A DNA stretch of 61,406 bases, counting the filler, from Choristocarpus tenellus KU-1152 (taxonomy: Eukaryota; Protista; Phaeophyceae): the NCBI GenBank assembly GCA_964200185.2. It is 8 parts of 8 records of this genome, joined end to end, with 100 filler letters (N's around TTAATTAATTAA, not from the genome) between each part and the next. Parts side by side here need not be neighbours in the genome. Positions count along the whole stretch, not along the records: positions 12,409 to 21,886 come from CAXNAD020003646.1; positions 21,987 to 25,887 come from CAXNAD020017249.1; positions 25,988 to 42,851 come from CAXNAD020000750.1; 5 more parts are not named here. One strand, 5' to 3'. The notes beneath the pieces are model-generated. The model was not told where the DNA came from and searched no databases. It saw only the letters and a list, made by a program, of their open reading frames with translations. Positions 12,445-26,164 of this stretch are shown piece by piece. Every line of letters starts with the position of its first letter. Position 1 is the first letter of the stretch. Made by a program: the position numbers and the translations under genes.

Positions 12445-14491
12445 TATTGCGGACCTTGGGAATCGGGATGGTCAGCTCAACGGAAAGGTAAGTTGCCTTT
12501 TTTTCCTCAATAACGTTTTGACGATTAATTCACTATTTATTTGCCAGCTTTAATCTCTTCATTTTCTGCAATTCCTACAAAAATTAAAAAGAGTATGTTA
12601 TTGTACACGTGACGTTTTCCCCACCACCTTAAGTCACTGCTTCAAGAAATGTCTCATCAGTAGTAGGTGCTACAATTGTAAGGTTAGGGCTGGGCAAGAC
12701 CTCACTACCAGTCTGTGGTATTTTTAGTGTAATTCACGGTCAAGTCTCCACTTCCCCCTACCCAAGTCAGTACCAATACATTCACTACCTGACTCATGAT
12801 TCAACCAATTAATGTGCTCTAAATTTGGGGGCCTACTCCTCTATGGCACAGTGGCAGTACAGCACTGAAACCATCGTAGTGTATGAATGTGGTGAGGTGA
12901 AAGTGACAGAGGGGTTCGAAATTGTGTTTGAATTATCTTGGTTCAGATATTTATACACTCCGAAGTTCTTGGAGTACAGAGCTTCTTTTCAATTATATAA
13001 GAAAAAGGGTTCAAGCTAGAGTTTGAGAAAATTGAAAAATTTCAATCGATTGAAATACACAGACACACACACACATATATACATACAGTATATATATGCA
13101 GTCATTCCAACAAGAGTTACAAACCCATCTCAACAGTGCTACCCCTTGCCACCATGCACCTAGAGGAGATTACATTCTTGCCTATGACAACCATATGGTG
13201 GGTCAATGTCCACTAAGGAGGCGCACTCAAACTTAGCTGATGCCAAAATTTCCAGGAGGTTTTTTAAAGGTTCCCTCAATGACATGTATGCTTTATGAGC
13301 ATGCGATTTAGATGTAGCTCTAAATCGAGATAAAGGCATTGGTGTTCAATTGTGAGATCATGGGATACTAGAGGAATCCATGTATCCAGAGGTAGTGTTT
13401 GAGCACATTCTTGAATGCACTCGAATGGTTCAGAGTACTGACTAGAAATAACCACCCACATTGTAGCCACCAGTTGGAGGGAGCACTTTCCACAAGGTGG
13501 TTTTAGTTGTACTATGAACAAAAAATTGAGACAGTCTTAGAGAGGATACCTTGAGGAGTGCATTGAAGACCACACCATCCTATCAAAAGCGACAACCCAT
13601 TGACACTACTTCACCTGACCTTTGTCATGCTTGCCCAATAATAAACTACACAATTTCAACATAGGCAATCATTTCAGACTGCGGTGTGGTGAAGCTCCAC
13701 AGTCGTGCCACTGAGATTGAGGGCGAGTCTGGGTGGGAGTCTGAAGGTAGAAGTGAACAAAATCATTCCTGGTTGTAGAAAACTTCTTCAGACAACTGAA
13801 AAAAGCAGCATAGATCAGGATCATGGGAAAAAAGAATGAAAAATCGGAGTCAAGATCCAAATATAATAGATCTTTGACATCACAACACTATGCCTAAAGT
13901 ATATACTTGTCTTGTTTGATATTGATACTCACTGAACCTTTTCGATCATTTCCAGAACGAATTTACGTGGGTTAACACTGCTTGTCTGTGACTCATGCAA
14001 GAGTCGGAAATGGAGGGAGTACTCTAGAGTATTTAAATGGTACTTTAGGAGTGTAGATCTCTGGATCTATTCACTGTCCGCATCCCAAGAGGCAAAGCAC
14101 TAGCTATGTTTTGAAAAGACAAAGGAACAACCCGATTTTATTAGTGAGAAACAAATTCTCTGACCTATTTCATTTACTTTCATTTTGCCTGTATACCACA
14201 AGCCGAGAAGAAAAATAGTACCTCCCTCTACATAGATACATTTTTCAAGCACTTTTCTGAGCCTGTTCTAAACTCAATTTCTGAGTAGTTACTAGAAGCA
14301 GAAGTTAGTATCATTCTGTCTACAATCAACCTTCACTATTTTGTGCACAAGGTGGTGGAATCAGGGCAGATATGATGCGAGGGATGAAAGAGGATGTGCG
14401 GGAGGAGAAGGCAGGGATGAGACGTGCTGTGGAAGTGGCAAGGAGAAGACTGGAAGACGAAGGCAGGGGTGGGTTGGAGAAGGGCTCATAA
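12445..14491 (+). CDS. 3' fragment of an unidentified protein-coding gene (3 exons)
   Basis: Exons 12445-12487, 13678-13746 and 14352-14491 (TAA) have canonical sites and matching phase-1 junctions: YCGPWESGWSAQRKDCGVVKLHSRATEIEGESGWESEGGGIRADMMRGMKEDVREEKAGMRRAVEVARRRLEDEGRGGLEKGS*. Family not recognised. Confidence 0.55.
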
Positions 14492-14749
14492 AGGAGCAAC
14501 AATAATAAATCTTGTAATAGTAGGCTATGTAAGGTACAGGCACAAAGATTAATGATTGGGCAACAAGATGGCATTACATATGTGACGTACTAGTTTTCGG
14601 ACAAAGGGAAGATACCTGAGCACAACATCGGTGTTGTCTACCTTTATTTAACATCGTCTACGTATGTAATGTGTCATGTTTTTTGGCCAAGAATAGACCA
14701 CTTCAGCTTGTATGCGGATGATGTATGCGCATTGGTATGCATGTTTTCT

Positions 14750-17000
14750 GTTCTTATTGGCAACAGCTATGTTGACCTTTTGGCCAAACGGTAACATGAA
14801 ATACTGTCGCTGTAGGTACTTCAGAACAATGTCTTGGCAAATGGAGAGAAGGACGACGAAGCTTTTCCACGATAAAGACTCCTATTTCGTACATAATGGG
14901 TATAAGGGAGACGTTGATGTGAATGTGGACACTTGGCAGGCCAATAATGAGAGTGATAGTTTTGTGACAGGGAGGGAGTTTTGCATTTCGAACAGAATTA
15001 GGTTGTTCATCCTAACAATGATTACATTGGAAAAATATGTACGGTATGGCCAGTCCTATCGTGTATAATGTGAGTCTAAATTATCAGCATTGCTCCACAA
15101 CAAGGCAAAAACAATGCAGTTGTGGAAAGTGTAGAGTGAGGTTTGCTTTGAACTTGCGTTGGGGCTCAAGATGTGGAGGAGCTCTGTTCACAAGGAAATG
15201 TTATCCATCTACGTGGAAGTATTGTAGTGTTCCTTATGGTGCGATAATATTAGAGCTTACTTGCCATCTTTACTTGACATACTTCAAACCTTTCCTTATC
15301 CTGCCTGCAGTCATCTACCTTCTCTGGGCTAATGATGTGCACATCTCTGGGCTACACAATGTGACAATGCAATATATTCTCAGCGATCTAGCAAGTGGAC
15401 ATCATCCTAACAACAGCGCAATCAACTTCATCATCACACCAAGGAAGTTCAAAATGTTTGACTCCGTGTAGTGTATTCTCACGAGAAAATACATGAATGC
15501 ATCACACTTCTCATTCAGAGATACGCAACATCTCTCCATGACATATTTCCCCCCATTTCATCTGCTGTGACCCCCACAATGCAGGAAAGTTGTGTCTGTG
15601 ATAGTGCCCACTGTTTGAAGTAGTTCGTGCTGTTAGTGAGGAGTTTGTGCATGTGGTTGACTCTTCTGCCCCATGCTGCTATTCAAGCAAGTGCATGTAT
15701 TAGAATTGAACGGCTGATATTGTATAGGAATAATCTTGTTGCTAGATGTTCGAATTTAAGTGCGGGAGGGTACAACTTTGAGGAAAAGGTTGCATCGTTT
15801 CTCGCTCTCCATTATGCCCATTGGAATGCGTTGCTCAGAGTTGATATGATTTAATATTGTTTTGAGGTTTTTCTGCAGGGTGGCAGATTGATACCTTGCA
15901 CAATTTCAGCAGTTTTTCTTGTTGAAGAAAACGATTTCATCTCAATGAGTTGAATGTTATGCCTTGTTCAAGCAACTCAAAATCAAGCATTAAATTATGC
16001 AAACATTTTTACGATATCATGGACATACTTGTGATCGCGTAAACAGGTGTGGCGTTCGGGTGGAATGGGGAATTACTACATTGCTTGGGTGTTCCTGTAA
16101 TCCAACGGCAATGCCCTTTTATGCATATATTTATTGTTGTGTAAATAGGTGGTGCTCCTGGTGGTCAATTGTTTTAATTTGTTCCTTTTCCAATCTCAAG
16201 CACTTATTGCACTATTGGGAGTGGATCTTTGGATGGTACGTAATAACAGTCATGTTCGCATGAGGCATTGGGGATGGATATCTGAAGGTCCATCTTTGCA
16301 TATGTTCGATCGAGAGGGAGCACTTGGTTTGTCTGAACTGTGCCATTGAGGAATGCGTATCAGTATTGATATTGGGGAGGTCATTTATTCCAGAAGCAAG
16401 GATAATCTGCCAAGCTGAAGTCTAACTCGCAGCAAAGTTTCAAGTCATTGAAGGACCCAACAATATCTCTCCCTTACATACACTAACCCGATGTAGTATT
16501 TGGATGTAGTAAAGGGAGCAAAATGGGAGGAGTGACAAGGAAGGTTTAGTGCAGTATTGCAATGATAGGATATTGGAGTGAGGGGTGCATGACGTATAAC
16601 TGTGACCAAAGGGATAATAATGTAACGCGCCAGGTCTCATTAGAGTGAGAGTAGTGGCCAAGCTTTCTCCTGCTGTTTGCTTTGGCCATATCCTTCCGGT
16701 TCCCTCTGAAGCCTAGTGTCCATCCACAGAAGAATCCAGAGCGGGTGCTCATCATACCCTCAACAACAAGGATCAGTTTGCTTGTCAGTACAAGGTGCCA
16801 ACGTGGATCAGGGTTTGCATTGGGTTCATAACTGAATCTGTATTTCTGAAAGTATTCACAAACACTATGATTGGTATAAATACTTGTCCTTGGTGTGAAG
16901 CCAAACTGGGGTAGTACATATATATACACCACCATAGATACTCTACACCCCTTAATGACCTCACTCCACTGCTTTTCATCCACCTGGCAAGCCCCAGTAT
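14750..17000 (-). pseudogene. Highly decayed gypsy-like pol relic
   Basis: Remnants in expected order on the minus strand: ILLWMDTR and EILLG (protease-like), HPNATPVY (pre-RT), LNFLGV (RT-like). Many stops. Confidence 0.3.
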
Positions 17001-17949
17001 AAACATCTCGATCTTACTATGTCTAAAACATACGGTAAAGTTAGATACTGTAAAGTTAGCTCACAAAAAACTGACGGACTGCATTTCTAATTCGACTAAA
17101 AGAAAAGAAATTTATGGGAACAACTATCCTCTACTTCCATGTTTTCGATTCAATGCTCAGGTGGTGGACCCGAGTAGGACCACAACAAATTAGGTAGCAT
17201 TCATCAAGATAACTTAGAGGATAGAAGTGAATCCTGAATTTCTGCTTGAAGCTTTATACCACCATGGAAGAATGGAAGTCAGCATCAAGTTGAACAAGGA
17301 CAAACGGGATGAAAGGGGTAAGGCAAATACATGTGAAATCTACTTGGATTCCTCTACTACCATTATCAATACGACAACATTACATCTAGTGTTCCCATGT
17401 GTATTGTAGATTCTTGCTTTCATCACACTGAACATCGTTCTTGTTTTGGCTAAACTAAACCAAATGCCTAAATGATGTATGCATGTGCACTCTGGAGTGC
17501 ACTCTATTGTTCTCTTAAGTACGTTTTCACATCACTTTATTGAGAAAATACTCGGAGTACATAGTATAGCTACCTGTATGTACTAACAAATCATAGTTTG
17601 AAAGGGGACATCACCGAAGATCTCACTCACTTTTCGCTTCATTTTCTCAAGCACGTATGTTGTGTACAGTAGGTGAGACAGCTAATTAGATCCTCCTAGG
17701 CATCCAGTTCCATGTTTCATGTTGTGATTAATGTCAGACACCCCCTCCTCCCCTTCTACCTGAACTCTAACTTTTTTGCCAAACATTGAAGGGTTGGCAT
17801 TCTGAGAATTAAGATTCTTACTCAGCAAAATCCAACAAATGTCTGACTGCCTGCAGCCTGCTACACCACTGAAATCATTGTTCTGCAAAACAACCAGTAC
17901 ACGTAAGGATCAGTCTTCGGGTACAGCATGCTCTTACTCATGACCAGAG

Positions 17950-19800
17950 CACGCTTCAGCAAGCAAGACATTTCAATAGGCTGGGGGCTTCAACAAGGCT
18001 GGAAGTGCTGGTGGGGTTCTTGCCTGGCAGGACCTGGCCGTGCTGCCTTGTTGGCCACTTTGAATGCCCCTACAGTTGCACATTTACGCTTAGCTAGGTT
18101 AGCTTCTTCTGCCTCGGGCAAGCACATAAAATACCCCTTCTTGTACAGCCTCGCCCTGCCCCTTTCTTTCCTCCTCATGCTGCTGGAGCACCATGGCTAC
18201 TAGCTGGTGGAGCTTCTCCTCCACCTTTCAGGACCCCCTGTACAATTCCCTCCATTGTTACTGGAGGACAGTGGCAATTAACTGGCAGAATTTTCTGTCC
18301 TCCCTTTGCCCTCCTAGTGCAGCCACCCCATGATACCCACGCACAGCTCTTGTATGTGTGAGAGGCCTGCAGTACCCCATCCCGGCCAACAATTGATAAC
18401 TGGTTCATCGGCGAACATTGGTACAGGTTACTGAATGCATGATGAAATGATAAGCCAACATTGGGAGGTGCTATCTAAGAAAAAAAGCAACATATAACAT
18501 GCATGATGCTCCGACCACTGGTAGGAAAGGCCATGCTACAGGGGAAAAAAAATAAAGACTACCCCTAGCCAAAGATGCAAAAAATGCAACAAAAAAGGAG
18601 AAAAAATCTCAGAAAGAACGGAAAAGCAACAAAGTGGATCACTGAACATAGACGCGCAAACAAATACAGAAAAAAAGTGTAAGAAAAGTAACATGAAGTA
18701 CTCAACAAACAGGTGTCGCCACTGTTAACATCATAGACCACAAGGAGTCTGAGGGGCGCCTATCCATTCACAGGATCATAGTTCAAAACACCAGAAGAAG
18801 CTGATCAAGTCCCATGCACCCAGGAACAGATAGACACCAGTGTCTGTACAAATAAAACATTTTACGCCAGATCCCACACCCAAATTTCTGTAGGTAGTGT
18901 CACACGTGTTTGGTGAATGTGGTCACTCTTCACGGTGATGGAATATCGGCAGTTGCTCAGAGTGTATGGTTCTTGCAAGCGAACAGCAGGACTACTCAAT
19001 GGGATTTTTGATAAAATATTTGTCTCAGTGCCTGAAATTGAAATTCTGATTCAAGACTGTGAAGAATGAACTTCCAAGGAGGGGCATGGATCAAGTACCC
19101 AAGGAGGATGCTGTTGTGAGTGGCACACCCTTGAGAGATACGGAAAAGATGGTGTTGACTAGATGCTCTTCACAGATGCTGAAAGAAAAAAGCAAAAAAT
19201 CGTGAGGGTAGGCTACATTCCACGTCAGTCCTTCTGGCTGCAGGTTCAATCTGGGGGGGGGGGGCGTCGGGTCTACACCAGGGTGTCCATTCAGGTCCTG
19301 ACCAGGAAAAGTGCACTTATATTTTCCATCCAACGCATGCAACCAAATCACACAAAAATCACAACGTGGAAAAATGGGCCCTGAATCGACAACCCCCCTC
19401 CCTAGATACTTTGAGCCTGCACTGACTAGATTATGGATCCCACAGGTACAATCACCAACGCCTTCCGTGAGTTGAAGGTTCTGATGAAGGGACGGAGTCC
19501 TTACCAACACCGCCCTCACACATTCCCTCAATGACATCCTCACTTTTTTCCAATTCGGGTGGTAGAGAATATGTTCACAAGGTCCTAGCCCATTGTCAGG
19601 ACAACTAGAGTCACAGGTTCAACGTCTACAAAAGTTTGAAAACCGTCCTCGATAGATGTGGACATGATCTCCTCGCTGGGAGAAAGGAGTGCAAATAGAG
19701 TGACAAACAGTGACAGATCCCTAGTGGACATTGGTCGCCGAGGGTACCACCGAGTGCCAAGAAAGCCAGGCATCCCAGAGATATCCTCGCTCGTCCAGCA
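17950..19800 (-). pseudogene. Possible decayed pogo/Tigger-like transposase, interrupted by MITE B1
   Basis: Fragments GTRWYPRRPMSTRDLSL...SIEDGFQTF, SPNT...LGVG and a basic C-terminus RRKERGRARLYKKG. Frameshifted; resemblance is weak. Confidence 0.25.
19243..19417. mobile_element. MITE family B, copy B1 (both ends present), Sola-like
   Basis: Ends GGTTCAA..TCTGGGGG and CCCTAGATACTTTGAGCC. Flanked by 4-bp TSD tgca (19239-19242 and 19418-19421). Interior matches 43003-43164 and, inverted, 52182-52323. Confidence 0.85.
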
Positions 19801-20837
19801 TCCAGCCCCAAGGCAGTGAGAGTAAAACCAAGAACCCCCAAAATGATGCTTGTTGTTTTTGTTGTTGTTGTTGTTTTTTTGCTTCTTGGGTTTGAAGAGA
19901 CTGTTTGAAGAGACTGGGGTGTACGTAATTGCGTTGCTTGGGCTGCGTGCGACAGGTGTCACAAACCCACCAATAGGATTTGTTTAGTATCTTCCCATTA
20001 TACTTGGGAGCGGGACTATCCTCACCCTGGAGGCACTACATACATATACTCACACTACTTCTTACACAAACTTTACTAAAACCTCGTGGGGGAAACTGTT
20101 TTTGCTTGGGGTCACTAGAGACCCGCATCTAGAGAGAGACTATGTGCACTCCTTGCAAGAGATGCTCCTGGACCATCACAGGAAGCATTCTCCACAAGAA
20201 TTAAAAAGGTCCAATTGGTTCAACAATAAGAGAGAGAGAGAGAGAGAGATGTTCGTGATGCAACGGGCAGTGTTGAGACCCGTGGAATGACCTGTGTGAT
20301 ACAATGAGCCAGTAGGACAAATAGCCCTGAAGCATCTTCTTTATTTCCTCATTTAACATGCAGCCGTGCTTGCGTCACAACAAGTATCAACACTCTGTTT
20401 CTAGTCCTTGGAGCCCCAACCAACTCTACCATGTCGGAAAAAAAGCCATCTACAATACTAGTAAAACAACATTAATAAACAAATAAATAAAAAACAGAGC
20501 GAGACGAAGCAAACACAGTCGCCATCGTTACTACCCCTGTCAAGACCACTTAGAACATCATCACATCCATCCTTGAAAGTCAAGTGGACGCTCAACCTCT
20601 CCACGCCAGTTGGGAGCGATGGAAACTGTGGACCAGGTTAGATCAAACTGAGTCAGGCGTATATGCACAGGGCTTTGAACACTGGCATGGTGCTCTTGGC
20701 AATGTTCACTGACTACTCCCCCACATCAAATCCTATAAAATCCAGATTTTACGTGAGTGATTGAGGCAGCGAAAACAAGTTGATTAGGGTGGGGAGGCAA
20801 ACAAACATTTGTAACAAGTCATGATGAGCATCTCCCA

Positions 20838-20873
20838 AGGTATGCTATGCTATGCTATGCTATGCTATGCTAT
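20838..20873. repeat. (TATGC)n microsatellite
   Basis: About 7 tandem tatgc units. Confidence 0.9.
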
Positions 20874-21131
20874 CCAAGCTCAGCAGAAGTGCTGTTAACT
20901 ACACCAATGCCTACAGACGAGCTTGCAGCATCAGTGACGTGATCAAATCATGATACGAGCAACTCCAAGGCCCAATGTCGTCATTGTGGCTATGAAACCC
21001 ACCCCCCACTGGATTTTGTTTCATTACAAATATAGAAGGAAATCAACAGCGACAGGAGGAAGCAGGGGAGGGGATGGAATGGGAGGGGGGATTGGTACAA
21101 GTGTGTCAGGTGACAGTGTGCGGCCCCAAAT

Positions 21132-21194
21132 TTATTATCGATATTATCATTATCATCGATATTATCATTATCATCGATATTATCATTATTATTA
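21132..21194. repeat. 18-bp minisatellite (tatcgatattatcattat-like)
   Basis: About three tandem copies; produces the spurious YYHYHR ORF. Confidence 0.85.
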
Positions 21195-22049
21195 TGCATA
21201 ATACTTTTACTACTCTTGAAATAGCAATATGGCGGAGGGGATGAATTAAAAAAAATCACACATACAAAAAAATTGACTTGAATAAAAAAACAAAAAACAT
21301 CAATTCAATAAATGAAGGAACAGCTCTGTAGTGGCTGGGAATAATAATAATAATAAAAAAAACATCAAGCGAAAAAAAAAAAGAATCTAAAATTAGGTTG
21401 CCGAAAGCATTTCTCGCTTTTCTACTGGTTAGACAAAAATGTGGCTAGAGGGAGAGAGGTGTGGTGGTGGTGGTGGTGGGTGGTGTCAAAATTAGATCAA
21501 GCCAGATTCCAAGGCTCATCCTGCGATTGCATGTTGACTAATGCTTACCTTTGCACAGTCGACGCAGCCTGTGCCGGTATTGGGGCAAAAAAATTAACGG
21601 GGGAGGGGAGAAGAGGGGAAGAGATACAAGGAGATCGATTCGTTCAGCTGAATGAAAAGTGATGACATACTACATACTTTTAACACAAGTTTACGCTCAA
21701 CTCCCCAGCCTGCAATAGTTACGGGTCTGCCGATATCTCCCTTTACAAAAACACTAAACAACAAAAAATCAGTGCCGTCTTTACCGTGTATCCTTGTTAC
21801 CACCTCCTCCTGCCAACCCCCCCCCCCCCCCTGAACAAAACAACCCCCCTTTTTTTTTTGTTTTTTCACCAAAAAAAAAAAAAAAANNNNNNNNNNNNNN
21901 NNNNNNNNNNNNNNNNNNNNNNNNNNNNNNTTAATTAATTAANNNNNNNNNNNNNNNNNNNNNNNNNNNNNNNNNNNNNNNNNNNNCCCCCCTCCCAGAT
22001 ACTTTGGGTCACTGCACCATGCGTACCTTGTGATTTTTCTTGTCAGATG

Positions 22050-24100
22050 AGTTTCGCCATCTCACTGATCACCATTCCCCCTTTACCTTCACTTGACCTC
22101 TTGTAAAATATTCGTCTGGCCAAAATGAAGCCTTGGGCACCACAACGCATGTTTTCGTCATTTTTTTTTTTCGGTTTTGCCACTGACAGGGTACAGGCGT
22201 ACCTTTCCATTGTGCTTGTCATGTGGTCCATTGAAAACAAATTTATCTGAAAGGGAAAAACAGTGCCAATTGGTTGTGAATCGCACATTCCTTGGACAGA
22301 AACTGGTAGACTACCACTGAGCTAGGAGAACACATGTTCCAGGTACCATTGTGTAAATAGCATCAAGAACTGAGACCTTGATGCCAATAACTTCAAATGG
22401 GTATGCTAGTACAATGTGTCCGGGACTTCTTTTGACACAGTCAGATACCCTCTTCCAGATGATGATCTGGCATAGGAGTACCTGAAATTGGGAAATCAAG
22501 GTACCCCCCGCCCTCTACCAAGCTATCATACTAGGAAAGATCGACATTCTGGATGTACTTTGAAGTAATGATTACAGCAACAGTTGGCGGATGTTCTTCC
22601 TGCATCAAAGCCAACGGTAGAGAGGGAGAAGAACGGCTTCAACATCAAAGGACTCCGGCACTGTTTTGAGGATATTTTTTCTCCTAGAATATTTTGAGAT
22701 TGAATATGCTGCTTCGAGTTATGAAGCCCTTCGTATCTATAGACTCAGGGTATTTTTTTTCCAACTCTCCCTGAAGAATTGTGGCATGCCTTCTACATGG
22801 AGTGTGTATATATAACACTCCAGTCTGCTGTGGAGATGAGTACATTCCAAAGCTCAGGTTAGGACTAAAACCTTAGGTCCTTTCTCATCTCTAGCATTGT
22901 ACTACATGAGATATTGCATTTCAGTGAGGTGACTGTGTATGCTTTACAACAAAAAATTCTGGAAAAGCACCCTTAGTGCGTTCATAAGCAAAACATCTTC
23001 TGTGGGCATGTAACTGTTATGGGAATCAGCATCATCCCATTCTTTTGCCAACCTTTGGTCCTCACAATGTCTTTCACTTGAATGGAATACTCTTTCATCG
23101 ACTCTTGGACCCACTTTCTAGTCCCACCCTTATCATTCTTCCAGATGCAGCTGCCCTGCCCTCACTTCACCTCTTTTCACTTACTATTCCATGCCTTTGA
23201 TTCAATGACCCCCTTCACCTTCCGTTCCCTATCCAACATTTCACAATATCAGCGGTCTAAGCTCCCTGGACAGTCCAGAAGCACTTCAGGCACGCTGAAG
23301 TCGAAGAAGTGGCGGTCCATACAAAGAGGATTTGAGCCTAGAGTGGAGGGCACAAAGGGTGGGAAATGTGAGCTGCTTGTGCTAGTGCTCTATGCACGTT
23401 TAATAGTAATAGTGTTCCATTATGATATCCCCAATGTCCAAGCACTCTACCAGCCCAGCGTTTTGGAGCCTGTAATAGTTAGTATTTTCTGGATCCCAAG
23501 TGATGGAAATTTTGTTTCATATGTTTTAAAGGAATCCGGAAATTAGGGGACATATGATTGTACTGAATCTCTCAACTTTGTCTCTTTGCCAGACCTTCTG
23601 ACGAATCCCATACCTCTCCCAAATTGATCTCTCTTTGTTGCCCCCCACAAAATCCCCTTTGCACCAATGACCTCAGCTGGGCGAAAGCGAGTCAGCCCAA
23701 TGTCTTTTGCCTATGAACCGATAGAGAGTAGATTCCCCCAGGAACTACTGGCTTTATCCAAGTCGGAGTGGATTGGGGTATACTCAAAGCAGGGAGAACC
23801 AAGCAGGTACACCCATCATCTTCAGATGTGCTTAGCTATTAGCAGAATGTACTCCAGGAATGTCTGTTGATGCTATGCTATCACTGCCCTGAATATCCCC
23901 TGCACACATATGGACTTCGAAATTTCCACACAAAATATACATAAATATGCATGGACTACATCAACCAACCTTACACTGCATTTCTACCATGGCAGCAAGA
24001 TTTGTACAACACAATGATATTTTTAAATAAGGCGTGGATGTATGTCATGGACGATACCATACAAGTTTTGCTCTTTAAATTGGTTGTTCCGTCCCATATT
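22050..24100 (-). pseudogene. Decayed gypsy-like RT/integrase relic
   Basis: PFEVIGIKV (cf. integrase PFExIGxD) near 22400 and TFLEYILLIAKH (cf. RT YxDDIL) near 23850. No intact ORF. Confidence 0.35.
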
Positions 24101-25120
24101 TCTGTTCTGAGTGTTAGGAGGAGGTTACTGCCTTCTGGTGTTCTGCCATAGATTTGTGCAGTGCTCTATTTCAGAAGTAATAGGATGGGGAACATTTTCA
24201 TCCGGTACTGTTTCATCTTCAAAATAAATGAGTTGGAGGGAATGGAAAATTTAGCAAGCTGGAGTCAGATACACCCTGCTGTCTAAGTCAAACATTTACC
24301 ATGTTTTGCATTGTGCCAATTCTTGGTCTTGTCCTTGTGCCTTTACCTGCTATCTTCGACACACACACAAACTCACCCCTCAACACATTGCTGTGAGATA
24401 CTGACTGTAGTTGGTTTCCAATTATTGAAAGCAAGCTCTTGTTAGGACAACTAACAATTCCCTAGTTGTCATATCTAGTATTTCTTCTTCCCACCCCAGT
24501 GACTAGTCAAACCTTTTACTCCTTGTGAGACTTGATCCTTTTAACAAAATATAACTCTATACTGCAGTAAATATACCTGGTTGATCCACCCAACCCCCTC
24601 ACTCACTCCCTTCGCTTATCCCCCAGAGAAAATCCTGTAGCAAAAGGGAGAGTCTCTGGCGTCAACCTGATAGATAGGTGTGTCTGCATACACCAATGAC
24701 ATGAATGACTTTTGGTGGGTGTAGTGGTGCACCACAAAACCGAGGTTTGAGGTTTGATGTACAGATCTGAGAGTATATGAAATAGATCTTGTTGAAAATA
24801 GGATGTATGTTTGGGAGTGCGTATAAATGTAATGCAAGTGTTTGTGGGAGGGAGGAGGGTTGCATTGATTAGCACTTTCAGAGTAAAAGGTATGGGGATT
24901 AGCGTCTTTAAAAAATAAATAAATCACATTTGGATCAATCCACCTGTCTGATTAAATGATGAAGTCCTTGCCTCTGCTGTTGCTTGATGGTGGGCGCACT
25001 CTGCCCTGAATACTCTGGGGTGGGGGAAATTGGACAGGTTTGATGACTCCATGGTGGACTACCTAACTGCAGAGGCCCTTTTCCAACAGGTCTTCGTCAT
25101 AAGAGCAGATGTGAGGAAAA

Positions 25121-25378
25121 GAGTGAAAGTATCTTTGAGGGTACGAGTCTTGCCCTGTTTGTCCATTTGGGGCTTGGCTTCCCATGGGTTTTTCCATGAC
25201 ATTTTCCTACTCCAAAATGTTTAGGAGTAGATAAAATGTGTACTTTACGGAAAAGTGTGTCCAGAACAAGGATATTGACACTTCCTAACAAACACCATAG
25301 CCAAAATTCCATCAAGATCGCAACATTGGATTTTGGCCCCCAAATGGACGCGGCCCTACCCTCTAGATACTTTGGCTC
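25121..25378. mobile_element. MITE family A, copy A1, Sola-like
   Basis: TIRs GAGTGAAAGTATCTTTGAGGGTA and TACCCTCTAGATACTTTGGCTC; aaaa on both flanks. Confidence 0.9.
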
Positions 25379-25647
25379 AAAAGGATTAGGGTGGATAAGG
25401 ACAGAATCGACACACCTTCCAGGGGGAGGGAAGCGAGGGAGATAAGAATGATTTGGAGGCATGTCTATATGGTGTAGGAAAGAAAAAGTGAAGTGCAGCT
25501 ATGTCAGTATGCTGTTGGGCAGAGAGTGGAGTTTTTGTTGCCCACAACTACTCTCAGATATTGGTATGATGCATGCAACTCACCATGTGCAGTGTATACA
25601 CTCAAGATCCTGAAGTGAACATATTTCATCCACAGATAGACAAAAAA

Positions 25648-25887
25648 GAGTGAAAGTATCTTAGAGGGTACAAGTTTCTCCCTGTTTGTCCATTTGGGGC
25701 TTGGCTTGCTATGGGTTCTTTTATCACATTTTTCCTACCCCGAAATGTTTCGGAGTAGGGAAAGTGTATACGCTATGAAAAGGTGTGTCCGAAACATGGA
25801 TATTGACACATCCTAACAAACACGATAGGGAAAATTACATCAAAATCGCAACATTGGATTTTAGCCCCCAAACGGACGCGGCTCTAC
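25648..25887. mobile_element. MITE family A, copy A2 (cut by contig end)
   Basis: Starts GAGTGAAAGTATCTTAGAGGGTA and is collinear with A1 up to the linker. Confidence 0.9.
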
Positions 25888-26164
25888 NNNNNNNNNNNNN
25901 NNNNNNNNNNNNNNNNNNNNNNNNNNNNNNNTTAATTAATTAANNNNNNNNNNNNNNNNNNNNNNNNNNNNNNNNNNNNNNNNNNNNTTTGCCCCCCCCC
26001 CCCAGATACTTTGGGTCCCTAGTGTATCTACTAGGTAGTATCTACCATATTGGGGTGGAACATAATGAGCCTTTTACCTTCCTTCGATGTTTTCTTCTTC
26101 GCTTGCATTGGTAATACTGGACATTACATCAATCTCAGCCCCTCCACCTATCGTGCCCTTGCAG

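Noticed and set aside
20597-21568. Minus-strand micro-exon 21568-21549 (GCVDCAK) and candidate exon near 20600-20710
   Set aside because: Good splice sites on the micro-exon, but I could not join it to a stop-free next exon.
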